This document shows positions 16,594-25,289 of a stretch of DNA of 33,615 nt, piece after piece. A program made the translations under genes and the position numbers. The notes below the pieces were generated by a model. That model made no database searches. It saw only the letters and a list, made by a program, of their open reading frames with translations, and was not told where the DNA came from. This DNA comes from a virus (lineage: Duplodnaviria; Heunggongvirae; Uroviricota; Caudoviricetes), in the IMG/VR virus record IMGVR_UViG_2563366821_000007; one strand, given 5' to 3'. Position 1 is the first letter of the stretch; every line of letters starts with the position of its first letter.

Positions 16594-17589
16594 GTGACTG
16601 TGAGAGCACTACTGACCCCTGAAATTGCCCCGCGTATGGGGATCGTATTGTTCAGGCCAGGTTCAGAGCTGATGCCCCTGTTTATGCAGGGGCGTGTCCT
16701 GCTGGAGCCTGAGCCGGAGCGTTATTCATCTTTCGCCAGTGGTGCCGTTCCGGCGGCATCACAACCGCTGGCGGATGATCCTGCCGTTCGGGCCGTGTTC
16801 CGCCATGAGGCAGTGATCCGTCGTGCTGGTGGCGTGGAATGTCTTGAAAGCTGGTTACTTCGTGAAAAAGGCTGCCAGTGGCCTCATTCCGGATGGCACA
16901 GCGAGAACATGACCACAATGCGACACGCTCCGGGTGCAATCCGTCTGTGCTGGCACTGCGATAACCAGCTGCGCGATCAGTTCACGGAACGGCTGGAATC
17001 AATGGCAACGGATAACTGTGCCCGCTGGGTGTTGTCTGTTGTGCGTCGGGATCTCGGTTTTGATGACAGTCACGTTGTGACAATGCCGGAACTGTGCTGG
17101 TGGCTGATTCGTAATGACCTGGCGGATGCCTTACCGGAAAGTGCAGCCCGTAAGGCACTGAGATTACCGAAGCCTGTTGTGCCGTCTGTCACCCGGGAAA
17201 GTGACCTTGTGCCTTCGGTTCCTGCCACCAGCATCATCCAGGATAAAGCGAAAAAGGTGCTGGCGCTGAAAGTGGATCCGGAGTCGCCGGAGTCTTTTAT
17301 GTTACGCCCCAAACGTCGCCGCTGGGTTAATGAAAAGTACACGCGCTGGGTTAAGACGCAGCCGTGTGCATGTTGTGGAAAGCCTGCTGATGATCCCCAC
17401 CACCTGATAGGCCACGGTCAGGGGGGAATGGGTACAAAAGCGCATGACCTCTTCGTGCTGCCTTTGTGCAGAAAGCATCACGACGAGCTGCATGCGGATA
17501 CCGTGGCATTTGAAGAGAAGTATGGCTCCCAGCTGGAGCTGATATTTCGTTTTATCGATCGTGCGCTGGCAATAGGCGTGCTGGCCTGA
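16594..17589 (+). CDS. DUF968-like phage protein with C-terminal HNH-like Cys/His cluster
   Basis: 331 aa; C-terminus CACCGKPADDPHHLIGHGQGGMGTKAHDLFVLPLCRKHHDELH as in DUF968 proteins of nin regions. Confidence 0.6.
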   Translation: MTVRALLTPEIAPRMGIVLFRPGSELMPLFMQGRVLLEPEPERYSSFASGAVPAASQPLADDPAVRAVFRHEAVIRRAGGVECLESWLLREKGCQWPHSGWHSENMTTMRHAPGAIRLCWHCDNQLRDQFTERLESMATDNCARWVLSVVRRDLGFDDSHVVTMPELCWWLIRNDLADALPESAARKALRLPKPVVPSVTRESDLVPSVPATSIIQDKAKKVLALKVDPESPESFMLRPKRRRWVNEKYTRWVKTQPCACCGKPADDPHHLIGHGQGGMGTKAHDLFVLPLCRKHHDELHADTVAFEEKYGSQLELIFRFIDRALAIGVLA

Positions 17590-17606
17590 TTTTGTGGAGA
17601 AAGTTG

Positions 17607-17978
17607 ATGCGTGATATTCAAATGGTTCTTGAACGTTGGGGGGCATGGGTGGCAAATAATCACGAGGATGTGGAATGGTCATCTGTTGCTGCAGGTTTTA
17701 AGGGATTAATTCCTTCGAAAGTAAAATCCCGCCCGCAATGTAGCGATGACGATGGCCTGATCATTAGCTCTGCGATGACAGTTCTTAAGAAAAAGGAACC
17801 GTATCAATACGAATTACTGGAAATGTATTATGTGTATGGGGTTACATTACGGGTGTTGGGGGTAAAACTGGGGATATCACTTAATCAGGTTGTTATCAGA
17901 CTGCAGAAAGCTGAAGGGTTTATTGACGGTTGTCTGGCAATGTTGGGGGTATCTTTAGAAATTGATTGTTACATATAG
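17607..17978 (+). CDS. Q: Late-gene antiterminator Q
   Basis: Start at ATG 17607 after GGAGA; MRDIQMVLERWGAWVANNHEDVEWSSVAAGFKGLIPSKVKSRPQC matches the Q antitermination family; last regulatory gene before the lysis region. Confidence 0.7.
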   Translation: MRDIQMVLERWGAWVANNHEDVEWSSVAAGFKGLIPSKVKSRPQCSDDDGLIISSAMTVLKKKEPYQYELLEMYYVYGVTLRVLGVKLGISLNQVVIRLQKAEGFIDGCLAMLGVSLEIDCYI

Positions 17979-18053
17979 TAATAAATTCAATCAAAGTAAA
18001 TAATCATATTTTATTATAACCTCCTGATGATACCTGTTCATTGGGAGGTTATT

Positions 18054-18671
18054 ATGGATAAAAATGTAGAGCATGTATTAGTTGATGCAATTGAAAATAA
18101 GCAATCTTTAACAGTCGTTTACTTAGGAGGGAGCCAGCCCGGAACATTAAGGAATATTTCTCCGATTAGTATAAATGGGGATAAATTGCGGGCAAGATGC
18201 CATAGTTCTGGAGCAGTAAAGGTTTTCAATCTTGGGAAAATACAGTTACCCAGTGACTCCTGCGCGGTATCTATGCACTATGGAGATTTAGAAGTTAAAG
18301 CTTATGAGACGATGCAGAGCGTAAATGACAACTTTCATGCCCTTTATCCTGAAGGACGATGGGGTGTTGATTTTAATGAGCATCGCTTTGCTTTATTTGA
18401 TTTTTTTAAAAACGGGAAACGAAAAAAAACGGCATTTATGGCAATTGAGTTCAGGGAAAGAGATGAAGAGAAAATAATAACAGGTGTAACAATTGATATT
18501 GGTATATCTGGAACAGTGATTTCTGAGAAGTCCCGAATCCCAAAAAGACGACCATGGGTAGTGGTTGGTCCCGAACACGGAGAATACAGTACTTATTCAA
18601 CTTTGGACAAGGCTGCTACAGCGTTTTTTGAGAGGCTTTCGTTGATAGCATCCGGCCTGGAAGATAATTGA
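18054..18671 (+). CDS. AT-rich cargo gene of unknown function (possible WYL-like beta-barrel pattern)
   Basis: 206 aa; ATG 18054 six nt after GGAGG; clearly lower GC than flanks; first gene after Q. Segment LTVVYLGG...LRNISPISINGDKLRARCHSSGAVKVFNLGKIQ loosely follows the WYL-domain pattern; very tentative. Confidence 0.55.
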   Translation: MDKNVEHVLVDAIENKQSLTVVYLGGSQPGTLRNISPISINGDKLRARCHSSGAVKVFNLGKIQLPSDSCAVSMHYGDLEVKAYETMQSVNDNFHALYPEGRWGVDFNEHRFALFDFFKNGKRKKTAFMAIEFRERDEEKIITGVTIDIGISGTVISEKSRIPKRRPWVVVGPEHGEYSTYSTLDKAATAFFERLSLIASGLEDN

Positions 18672-18800
18672 TTTTATGTTTGGTATTCAGAGTTCGCCGT
18701 GCTTAAGAAAGTCAAGATTCTAAAAATACTGAATGAGCTACTTGTGTTATAACAAAAATGCTATTAGTGTGTTAAGAGTGGTTACTTCGCCACACAACTT

Positions 18801-18825
18801 AAACCCGCCACTGAGCGGGTTTTTT
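18801..18825 (+). terminator. Rho-independent terminator
   Basis: AAACCCGC-CACT-GAGCGGGTTT hairpin followed by TTTTTG, about 130 bp after the cargo gene stop. Confidence 0.6.
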
Positions 18826-18949
18826 GTACCTGTAAACTTGGTGCAGTACAGTAAACACGCTGGTGGTCGTGAATACTGGCTTTTTATCTTGCTGGCTTTT
18901 TAGACAAGAGTTATTGGTATGTCACGTTAACCGGAAAGGGTAAAAAGAC

Positions 18950-19147
18950 ATGCTGAAACAGCAGGATATGACAGAAACCGCCAGAGTTGTGTTTGATGAA
19001 TTAAGCGTTACCGAACCGGCGACAGTCGGGGAGATTGCGCAGAATACTTACCTTTCACGCGAACGCTGCCAGTTAATACTGACCCAGCTTGTTATGGCGG
19101 GTCTGGCAGACTATCAGTGCGGTTGTTACAGACGCCTTCAGTCCTGA
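18950..19147 (+). CDS. Hypothetical small protein (65 aa)
   Basis: ORF-track entry; ends within a terminator hairpin; ATVGEIAQNTYLSRERCQLILTQL could be a small winged-helix; unverified. Confidence 0.4.
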   Translation: MLKQQDMTETARVVFDELSVTEPATVGEIAQNTYLSRERCQLILTQLVMAGLADYQCGCYRRLQS

Positions 19148-19160
19148 AGGCTTTTTATTT
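19134..19160 (+). terminator. Rho-independent terminator
   Basis: GCCTTCA-GTCC-TGAAGGC hairpin followed by TTTTTATTT. Confidence 0.5.
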
Positions 19161-19281
19161 GTGGTGAATGGGCGGCTGGTGGGGGGGCGACACCTGTCAG
19201 TCCTTTGCTTATGTGTTGATGATAATTTACCTTTTGGGGCTATAATTGAGCTAACCAATTGCTAATGAAAGTAAAATTATA

Positions 19282-19995
19282 ATGGCTGTTGTCTGTTCAG
19301 TTATCATGGTTTGCTCCCCAATTAATATTTTTCTTGAAAAGGATACGTTGTCACTTAAGCCAGGCTCAGTTGTTCTGGCCACCAAATGCATCAGGGAGCT
19401 TTTCCTTATGCATTATGGCAAAGTTAAAATTGTCGATATAAGCGAATCCGTCGTAAGTCAATATCTGGAAAGTCAGCATAAGCTGACGAGGACTCGTCTG
19501 ACTGACATTCCGCTTTACCTGTTGCTGGAACCCAACAATCCTGCGTTGGCTGCGGCTTTAATTACCAGCCAGGGATTTTCCGGAGAGGCCACGGATATGT
19601 TTCTTATGATGGCCTGCCTGTCTCTGTTTGAAACAGATGAACGGATGTCATTGTTTTTAAGTGGATGTTTATCCAGCATAAGTGCCAAAGTCAGGGCGAT
19701 AATTCAGACAGATATATCAGCAAGCTGGACGCTTGGTGCGATTGCTCTACAGTTGCATATGAGTGAGAGTTTGTTAAAGACAAAACTGAAAAATGAAGGG
19801 GGCATGTTCAGTCGCTTGTTGCTGGAAGAGCGGATGCGTGTTGCTGTAAATATGTTATGTTCCCGGCATGGATATGGACAGGCTATAGCAGAAAAATGCG
19901 GTTATTCAAGCAGGTCCTACTTTATTTCTGTATTTCACCGCTATTATGGCTTCCCGCCAGACAGATATGTATCCAGGCAAGGGCTTGATTATTGA
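19282..19995 (+). CDS. AraC-family transcriptional regulator
   Basis: 237 aa; C-terminal dual HTH_AraC signature (WTLGAIALQLHMSESLLKTKLK... and GYGQAIAEKCGYSSRSYFISVFHRYYGFPP); AT-rich relative to phage backbone. Confidence 0.75.
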   Translation: MAVVCSVIMVCSPINIFLEKDTLSLKPGSVVLATKCIRELFLMHYGKVKIVDISESVVSQYLESQHKLTRTRLTDIPLYLLLEPNNPALAAALITSQGFSGEATDMFLMMACLSLFETDERMSLFLSGCLSSISAKVRAIIQTDISASWTLGAIALQLHMSESLLKTKLKNEGGMFSRLLLEERMRVAVNMLCSRHGYGQAIAEKCGYSSRSYFISVFHRYYGFPPDRYVSRQGLDY

Positions 19996-20023
19996 TTTTC
20001 ATCTGATTATTATTTTTTGGCTC

Positions 20024-20099
20024 GGCCCTTTAGCTCAGTGGTGAGAGCGAGCGATTCATAATCGCCAGGTCGCTGGTTCAAATCCAGCAAGGGCCACCA
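20024..20099 (+). tRNA. tRNA with CAT anticodon (Met or lysidine-modified Ile2-type)
   Basis: Cloverleaf read by eye: 7-bp acceptor stem GGCCCTT/AAGGGCC, anticodon stem GCGAT/ATCGC with loop TCATAAT (anticodon CAT), T-loop GGTTCAAATCC, 3' CCA encoded. Confidence 0.8.
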
Positions 20100-20106
20100 T
20101 CACATA

Positions 20107-20183
20107 CCGCCATTAGCTCATCAGGATAGAGCGCCAGCCTTCGAAGCTGGTTGCGCGGGGTTCGAGTCCTCGATGGCGGTCCA
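20107..20183 (+). tRNA. tRNA-Arg (anticodon TCG as read)
   Basis: Acceptor CCGCCAT/ATGGCGG, U8, D-stem GCTC/GAGC, anticodon stem CCAGC/GCTGG with loop CTTCGAA (anticodon TCG), T-loop TTCGAGT, CCA encoded; C1:G72 base pair is unusual and the anticodon should be confirmed computationally. Confidence 0.7.
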
Positions 20184-20196
20184 TTATCTGTACCCT

Positions 20197-20273
20197 GCGT
20201 TATTAGCTCAGCCGGACAGAGCAATTGCCTTCTAAGCAATCGGTCACTGGTTCGAATCCAGTACAACGCGCCA
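20197..20273 (+). tRNA. tRNA-Arg (anticodon TCT)
   Basis: Acceptor GCGTTAT/ACAACGC (one mismatch), anticodon stem ATTGC/GCAAT with loop CTTCTAA (anticodon TCT), T-arm ACTGG-TTCGAAT-CCAGT, CCA encoded. Confidence 0.8.
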
Positions 20274-20289
20274 GACTTATTTTTCCCGG

Positions 20290-20318
20290 CTCGCTTTTGC
20301 GGGCTTTTTTTTAAATGT
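20290..20318 (+). terminator. Rho-independent terminator after the tRNA cluster
   Basis: GCTCGC-TTTT-GCGGGC hairpin (one G-U pair) followed by T8. Confidence 0.6.
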
Positions 20319-20765
20319 CTCACAATTCAGACGGTTGACAGTTGTCTGTTTTGCGGGGAGTTTGTTAAAAGAAACTGGCATGGTGAATCCCCCTGTGCGG
20401 AGGGGCAATCAGCAACTGGTGTTTTGTCACCGACCCTTATCCTTTCTGTGCGGGTTCAGGTGCTGATACTGAACTCACCGGGAGGCACCCGGCATCATGT
20501 GCATGATGATACAGATACGCGGCTTTAGCCCCTCTCCGGAGGGGCTTTCTTGTGGGCAAAAAAAAGCCCGAGTGGGTTCGGGCAACAGCATGAGATATAC
20601 ATTTTTATAATCGAATGGATTTTAACCAGAATTCATAAGGCTGCGCAACTGCGCGGTCTTTTTCGAATTGCGGGCTGTCGTCTCTCTTCTGCCATTGTCC
20701 TGTAACTTCCGGACTTCAGCCCGCTCCTTATTTTACTCACAATATTATCCCGGCCGGGAGGATTC

Positions 20766-22727
20766 ATGGCATTTAAACACTATGACGTGGTCAGGGCGGC
20801 ATCGCCGTCAGACCTTGCGAAACGACTGACACAAAAACTGAAGGAGGGGTGGCAGCCATTTGGCAGTCCGGTGGCCATCACGCCTTATACCCTGATGCAG
20901 GCCATTGCGGCGGAAGGTGATGTCACCACACCTGTGGTGGTGAAGCCGTCGGATGGAGAAGGCGCAGTTATCAGCACTACCAGCAACCCGGAGTATTACT
21001 TTGTTGTTGCCCTGGCCGGGCAGTCAAACGGTATGGCGTATGGTGAAGGGCTTCCGCTGCCGGAGACATATGACCGTCCGGACCCGCGTATTAAACAGCT
21101 GGCGCGTCGCAGCACTGTCACGCCGGGTGGTGCGTCCTGTAACTACAATGACATTATTCCTGCGGACCACTGCCTGCATGATGTTCAGGATTTGAGTAAG
21201 TTTTCACACCCGAAAGCCAGCGCAGCTCAGTATGGATGCGTGGGGCAGGGATTACATATCGCGAAGAAATTGTTGCCGTTTATTCCGGCGAATGCCGGTA
21301 TTCTTCTGGTTCCGTGCTGCCGTGGTGGTTCTGCATTTTTGGCGGGCGATGAAGGTACCTTCAGCGAATCCACCGGCGCAAGCGAGACCTCGGCACGCTG
21401 GGGTGTAGATAAGCCACTGTACAAGGACCTGCTTACCCGTACTCAGGCCGCACTGAAGGCCAACCCTAAAAATATTCTGCTTGCAGTGGTCTGGATGCAG
21501 GGCGAGTTTGATTTGAAACAGGGTGCATACGCCACTCAGCCGGGGCTGTTTGATTCCATGGTGGAAAAATATCGTTCTGACCTGTCGGAATTCGGAGGTC
21601 AGTGTCTCGGGGGCTCTCCGTCATCAGTTCCCTGGATTTGTGGCGACACGACCTACTACTGGAAGCAGACTTATTCTTCGCAATACGATGCGGTGTATGG
21701 TGCATATAAGACGAAATCCGCAAAAAAAATTTTCTTTGTGCCGTTTATGACGGATGAAAACGGGCGAAATGTGGGTACCAACGAGCCGTCAGAAGATCCG
21801 GATGTTGCGGATATTGGGTATTACGGAGCCGGTGGTCGAACGGACGCCAAAACCTGGACGACGGCTGACCGTAAAACGCATTTTGGATCATGGGCACGTC
21901 GTGGGATTATTTCCGACCGTCTGGCAACGGCGATTCTTGTGCATGCCGGGAGAACCGCTGAATTCATTACCGGAAAACAGCCTGATACGGTGAAGCCCAC
22001 CGGACCTTCCGGTGAAGGTACGGAGAGAGAGCCGGAAGGTCCGGTCAGTAACCGAACCCTGATGAGTCTGCTGGCGTCCGGCGAAGACCTGGCATCACAG
22101 GGCTGGCGCTATTATCACAAACCGGCGAGCGGAGACAATGTTAACAAAAACATTGCTGAAGCGGTGGTCAGTGATGCGGGGGCTACGGGAGGTAAGGCCC
22201 TGCAACTGAATAAACCGGAAAACCACATCTGGTTTCTGGAGCATGATGCAGCCGGGCAGGGGGCAGAGTTGCTGAAGAAAGGAGGACGTGTGAGCGTACG
22301 GTTTAAGTTGCCGGGTTCACTGGTGCCGAATCAGTTTGCCCTGGGCATTTACTGGCAGTTGTCGTCCCTGCCGGAGGGAGTGACGCTGGCAGAGGAAGGC
22401 AACGACATGCTGATGTCCTTCTTCCTGCAGACGGATGCGACGAACCTGAACGCGATGCACCACAAGAAGCCGAATGCGAAGCTGGATACGTTCGGGGTCT
22501 TTGATAACGGATGGCACACACTGGCTTTTGAGTTTGCCGGAAACAACAGCATTCAGGTGACGCCGGTACTGGATGAGAAACGGGGGACGCCGTTCACACT
22601 GGTGAAATCTCCGGCATCAGGGGCGGCGGACAAACTGCAACTGACAGGCATATCAAAGGCGGCGACATATACGCTGCTGATTGACAGTGTGAAGGTGGAA
22701 GTGAACAACGCGGATGCCGCGGCATGA
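20766..22727 (+). CDS. Prophage sialate O-acetylesterase (NanS-p-like; N-terminal DUF1737 plus SGNH hydrolase)
   Basis: 653 aa; N-terminus MAFKHYDVVRAASPSDLAKRL typical of DUF1737; SGNH block I (VALAGQSNG) follows; GGGAGG Shine-Dalgarno; located downstream of the tRNAs as in Stx-type lambdoid phages. Confidence 0.75.
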   Translation: MAFKHYDVVRAASPSDLAKRLTQKLKEGWQPFGSPVAITPYTLMQAIAAEGDVTTPVVVKPSDGEGAVISTTSNPEYYFVVALAGQSNGMAYGEGLPLPETYDRPDPRIKQLARRSTVTPGGASCNYNDIIPADHCLHDVQDLSKFSHPKASAAQYGCVGQGLHIAKKLLPFIPANAGILLVPCCRGGSAFLAGDEGTFSESTGASETSARWGVDKPLYKDLLTRTQAALKANPKNILLAVVWMQGEFDLKQGAYATQPGLFDSMVEKYRSDLSEFGGQCLGGSPSSVPWICGDTTYYWKQTYSSQYDAVYGAYKTKSAKKIFFVPFMTDENGRNVGTNEPSEDPDVADIGYYGAGGRTDAKTWTTADRKTHFGSWARRGIISDRLATAILVHAGRTAEFITGKQPDTVKPTGPSGEGTEREPEGPVSNRTLMSLLASGEDLASQGWRYYHKPASGDNVNKNIAEAVVSDAGATGGKALQLNKPENHIWFLEHDAAGQGAELLKKGGRVSVRFKLPGSLVPNQFALGIYWQLSSLPEGVTLAEEGNDMLMSFFLQTDATNLNAMHHKKPNAKLDTFGVFDNGWHTLAFEFAGNNSIQVTPVLDEKRGTPFTLVKSPASGAADKLQLTGISKAATYTLLIDSVKVEVNNADAAA

Positions 22728-23083
22728 TAAAAAAAGGCCGCCAGCGGCAGGAATGGAAGCTGGCGGAGGTAATCCCAATGGAGAATGTAAAGAAAAGATG
22801 CTTTCGTATATCGGTTTTTTAAATGAAAACAGTTCTCATTGTCAACCATAACGGTAAGAAATTATGACATTTATTCATCAGGTGATGCTGTACTTCTGTA
22901 CGGCAGTCTGTGTTATGTATCTTCTTTCGGGTGGGTACAGGGCAGTGCGCGATTTCTGGCGCAGGCAGATTGATAAAAGGGCCGCTGAGAGAATCAGCGC
23001 CAGTCAGTCAGCCGGAAGCAAACCCGAAGATCCGCTCATTCCGTAGTCACTTTCTTGACAACACCTTTCAACGAGAAAATCCC

Positions 23084-23329
23084 ATGTCAGAAATCACATC
23101 CCTGGTCACTGCTGAGGCAGTGAAGGAAGTCCTGCGCTCTGAAGAAGTCCTGAGCGCACTGAAACAGAAACTCCGCCAGAACCTTGAGGCGCGTCTTGAT
23201 GCAGAAGTGGATGCCATTCTGGATGAGCTGCTGGGCGTACCAGCGGTTCTGGAGCCGGAAGGTATCGCGGGTGACGGGAGTGCTTCAGATGGCGGTGAAC
23301 CCACACCTGACAGCGAAATGATGATGTAA
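23084..23329 (+). CDS. Hypothetical acidic protein (81 aa)
   Basis: ATG 23084 inside track ORF 22910..23329; helical, acidic C-terminus; no domain recognised. Confidence 0.4.
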   Translation: MSEITSLVTAEAVKEVLRSEEVLSALKQKLRQNLEARLDAEVDAILDELLGVPAVLEPEGIAGDGSASDGGEPTPDSEMMM

Positions 23330-23404
23330 CCATGCGCAGGGGGTGTCGGTGTGAGCTGATGCCCCACTTGTTGTTGTGAGCTTCCGGATTGCGGGAGACG
23401 GGGT

Positions 23405-23620
23405 ATGTACCAGATGGAAAAAATCACAACAGGTGTGTCATACACCACGTCAGCGGTGGGAACGGGCTACTGGTTCCTGCAGTTGCTGGACAGGGTTTCC
23501 CCGTCTCAGTGGGCGGCAATAGGCGTGCTGGGGAGTCTGCTGTTTGGGCTGCTGACATATCTGACTAACCTGTATTTCAAAATCAGAGAGGACCGTCGTA
23601 AGGCTGCACGGGGAGAGTAA
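23405..23620 (+). CDS. S: Class II holin (phage 21 S-like pinholin)
   Basis: 71 aa; dual-start motif MYQM; two hydrophobic helices (GYWFLQLL...[23 protein letters not shown]) and charged tail [13 protein letters not shown] typical of S21-type pinholins. Confidence 0.8.
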   Translation: MYQMEKITTGVSYTTSAVGTGYWFLQLLDRVSPSQWAAIGVLGSLLFGLLTYLTNLYFKIREDRRKAARGE

Positions 23621-23624
23621 TTCA

Positions 23625-23969
23625 ATGACTCAAAACTATGAACTGATTGTGAAAGGGATCCGCAATTTTGAGAATAAAGTTACGGTAACTTTAGCGTTAC
23701 GGGACAAAAAACGCTTTGACGGTGAAATTTTTGACCTGGACATCTCGCTGGACCGTGTTGAAGGTGCCGCGCTGGAGTTTTATGAGGCAGCAGCCAGAAG
23801 GAGCATCAGACAGGTCTTCCTGGATGTTGCTGCCGGGTTATGTGAAGGGGATGAGCAGTCGCCGGAAAAGCGCCCCGTAATTTTAGAGGCGCAGGATGTG
23901 TTGATAACCTACAAAGGAAAGCTACCGGGAAGAATTACTGGTTCTCTGAAGACTCCACCGCTGGGCTGA
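23625..23969 (+). CDS. Hypothetical protein between holin and endolysin
   Basis: 114 aa; ATG 23625 8 nt after GGGGAGAG; no recognisable domain. Confidence 0.5.
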   Translation: MTQNYELIVKGIRNFENKVTVTLALRDKKRFDGEIFDLDISLDRVEGAALEFYEAAARRSIRQVFLDVAAGLCEGDEQSPEKRPVILEAQDVLITYKGKLPGRITGSLKTPPLG

Positions 23970-24019
23970 AGACTTAACATATCCAGGTATTCGGAACCGA
24001 TAAATCCTGATAAATATCC

Positions 24020-24553
24020 ATGAACGCAAAAATCAGATACGGCCTGTCGGCTGCCGTTCTGGCGCTGATTGCCGCAGGTGCGCCTGCGCCTGACATTCTC
24101 GACCAGTTTCTGGATGAAAAGGAAGGCAACCACACCACGGCATACCGTGATGGTGCGGGTATCTGGACTATCTGCCGCGGTGCCATCCTGGTGGATGGCA
24201 AACCTGTCGTTCCGGGCATGAAGTTGTCGAAGGAAAAATGCGACCAGGTTAACGCCATTGAGCGTGATAAAGCGCTGGCGTGGGTGGAGAAAAACATCAG
24301 AGTGCCGCTGACCGAACCCCAGAAAGCGGGGATCGCGTCATTCTGTCCGTACAACATTGGTCCCGGTAAGTGTTTCCCGTCGACGTTTTACAGACGAATT
24401 AATGCAGGTGATCGAAAAGGTGCCTGCGAAGCGATTCGCTGGTGGATTAAGGACGGTGGCAGAGACTGCCGTATCCGCTCAAATAACTGTTACGGTCAGG
24501 TATCCCGTCGTGACCAGGAGAGCGCGCTGGCGTGCTGGGGTATCGACAGATAA
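24020..24553 (+). CDS. R: SAR endolysin (T4-lysozyme-type muramidase, GH24)
   Basis: 177 aa; N-terminal signal-anchor-release segment (LSAAVLALIAAGAPA) then catalytic E...D...T arrangement (FLDEKEGNHTTAYRDGAGIWTICRG); pairs with the pinholin. Confidence 0.85.
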   Translation: MNAKIRYGLSAAVLALIAAGAPAPDILDQFLDEKEGNHTTAYRDGAGIWTICRGAILVDGKPVVPGMKLSKEKCDQVNAIERDKALAWVEKNIRVPLTEPQKAGIASFCPYNIGPGKCFPSTFYRRINAGDRKGACEAIRWWIKDGGRDCRIRSNNCYGQVSRRDQESALACWGIDR

Positions 24554-24712
24554 GCAGAATATTTTGCTGAAAAATAAGGCATGGCCACGCGGGCGGATAA
24601 CATGAAATCCTGCGAACTGGCGAAACGTAAGTGAATAAAAGTAAAAACCCCGTTTGTTGGCACCAAGCGGGGTTTTGTGTTTCCTGACTCCGGAAAAGTC
24701 AAAGGAGAAAGT

Positions 24713-24850
24713 GTGTTTGATTTTAGCAAACTGATTCGGGAGATTCGAGTGATGGCTGAAAAATTATCCACCTGGAAGTTCATTCTTATCTGGCTGGTGT
24801 TTGTGATTATGGCCTCCGGTTATTTCATCGGTCAGATACGCTGGTGGTGA
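24713..24850 (+). CDS. Possible small membrane protein (33-46 aa)
   Basis: Not in the ORF track; GTG 24713 after AAAGGAGAAA or ATG 24752; hydrophobic core WKFILIWLVFVIMASGYFIG; ends 1 nt before Rz start. Confidence 0.3.
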   Translation: MFDFSKLIREIRVMAEKLSTWKFILIWLVFVIMASGYFIGQIRWW

Positions 24851-24851
24851 A

Positions 24852-25289
24852 ATGAACCGCGTACTGTGCGTGGTCATCATTGCCCTGCTGGTGGCCTGTG
24901 GTGCGCTTAGTCTGGGGCTGAATCATTACCGTGATAACGCCATGACCTACAAAGAGCAGCGCGATAAAGCCACATCCATCATCGCTGATATGCAGAAGCG
25001 TCAACGTGATGTAGCAGAACTCGACGCCAGATACACAAAGGAGCTTGCTGATGCTAACGCGACTATCGAAAGTCTCCGTGCTGATGTTTCTGCTGGTCGT
25101 AAGCGCCTGCAAGTCGCCGCCACCTGTGCAAAGTCAACGACCGGAGCCAGCAGCATGGGCGATGGAGAAAGCCCAAGACTTACAGCAGATGCTGAACTCA
25201 ATTATTACCGTCTCCGAAGTGGAATCGACAAGATAACCGCGCAGGTTAACTACCTGCAGGAGTACATCAGGACGCAATGCCTGAAATAA
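24852..25289 (+). CDS. Rz: Rz-like i-spanin
   Basis: 145 aa; N-terminal TM helix, coiled-coil periplasmic domain; immediately downstream of endolysin. Confidence 0.8.
   Translation: MNRVLCVVIIALLVACGALSLGLNHYRDNAMTYKEQRDKATSIIADMQKRQRDVAELDARYTKELADANATIESLRADVSAGRKRLQVAATCAKSTTGASSMGDGESPRLTADAELNYYRLRSGIDKITAQVNYLQEYIRTQCLK
25045..25236 (+). CDS. Rz1: Rz1-like o-spanin lipoprotein (embedded in Rz in another frame)
   Basis: Embedded ORF with signal peptide and lipobox (LLVVSAC) followed by a Pro-rich segment (SPPPVQSQRPEP), the classic Rz1 arrangement. Confidence 0.7.
   Translation: MLMLTRLSKVSVLMFLLVVSACKSPPPVQSQRPEPAAWAMEKAQDLQQMLNSIITVSEVESTR

Noticed and set aside
20151-20528. Plus-strand 125-aa ORF spanning the tRNA genes
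   Set aside because: Overlaps two tRNA cloverleaves and a terminator; an artefact of an open frame through structured RNA genes.
20319-20765. Shiga toxin genes at the canonical position downstream of the tRNA cluster
   Set aside because: The interval is only ~450 bp and contains no ORF of the size or composition of stxA/stxB.
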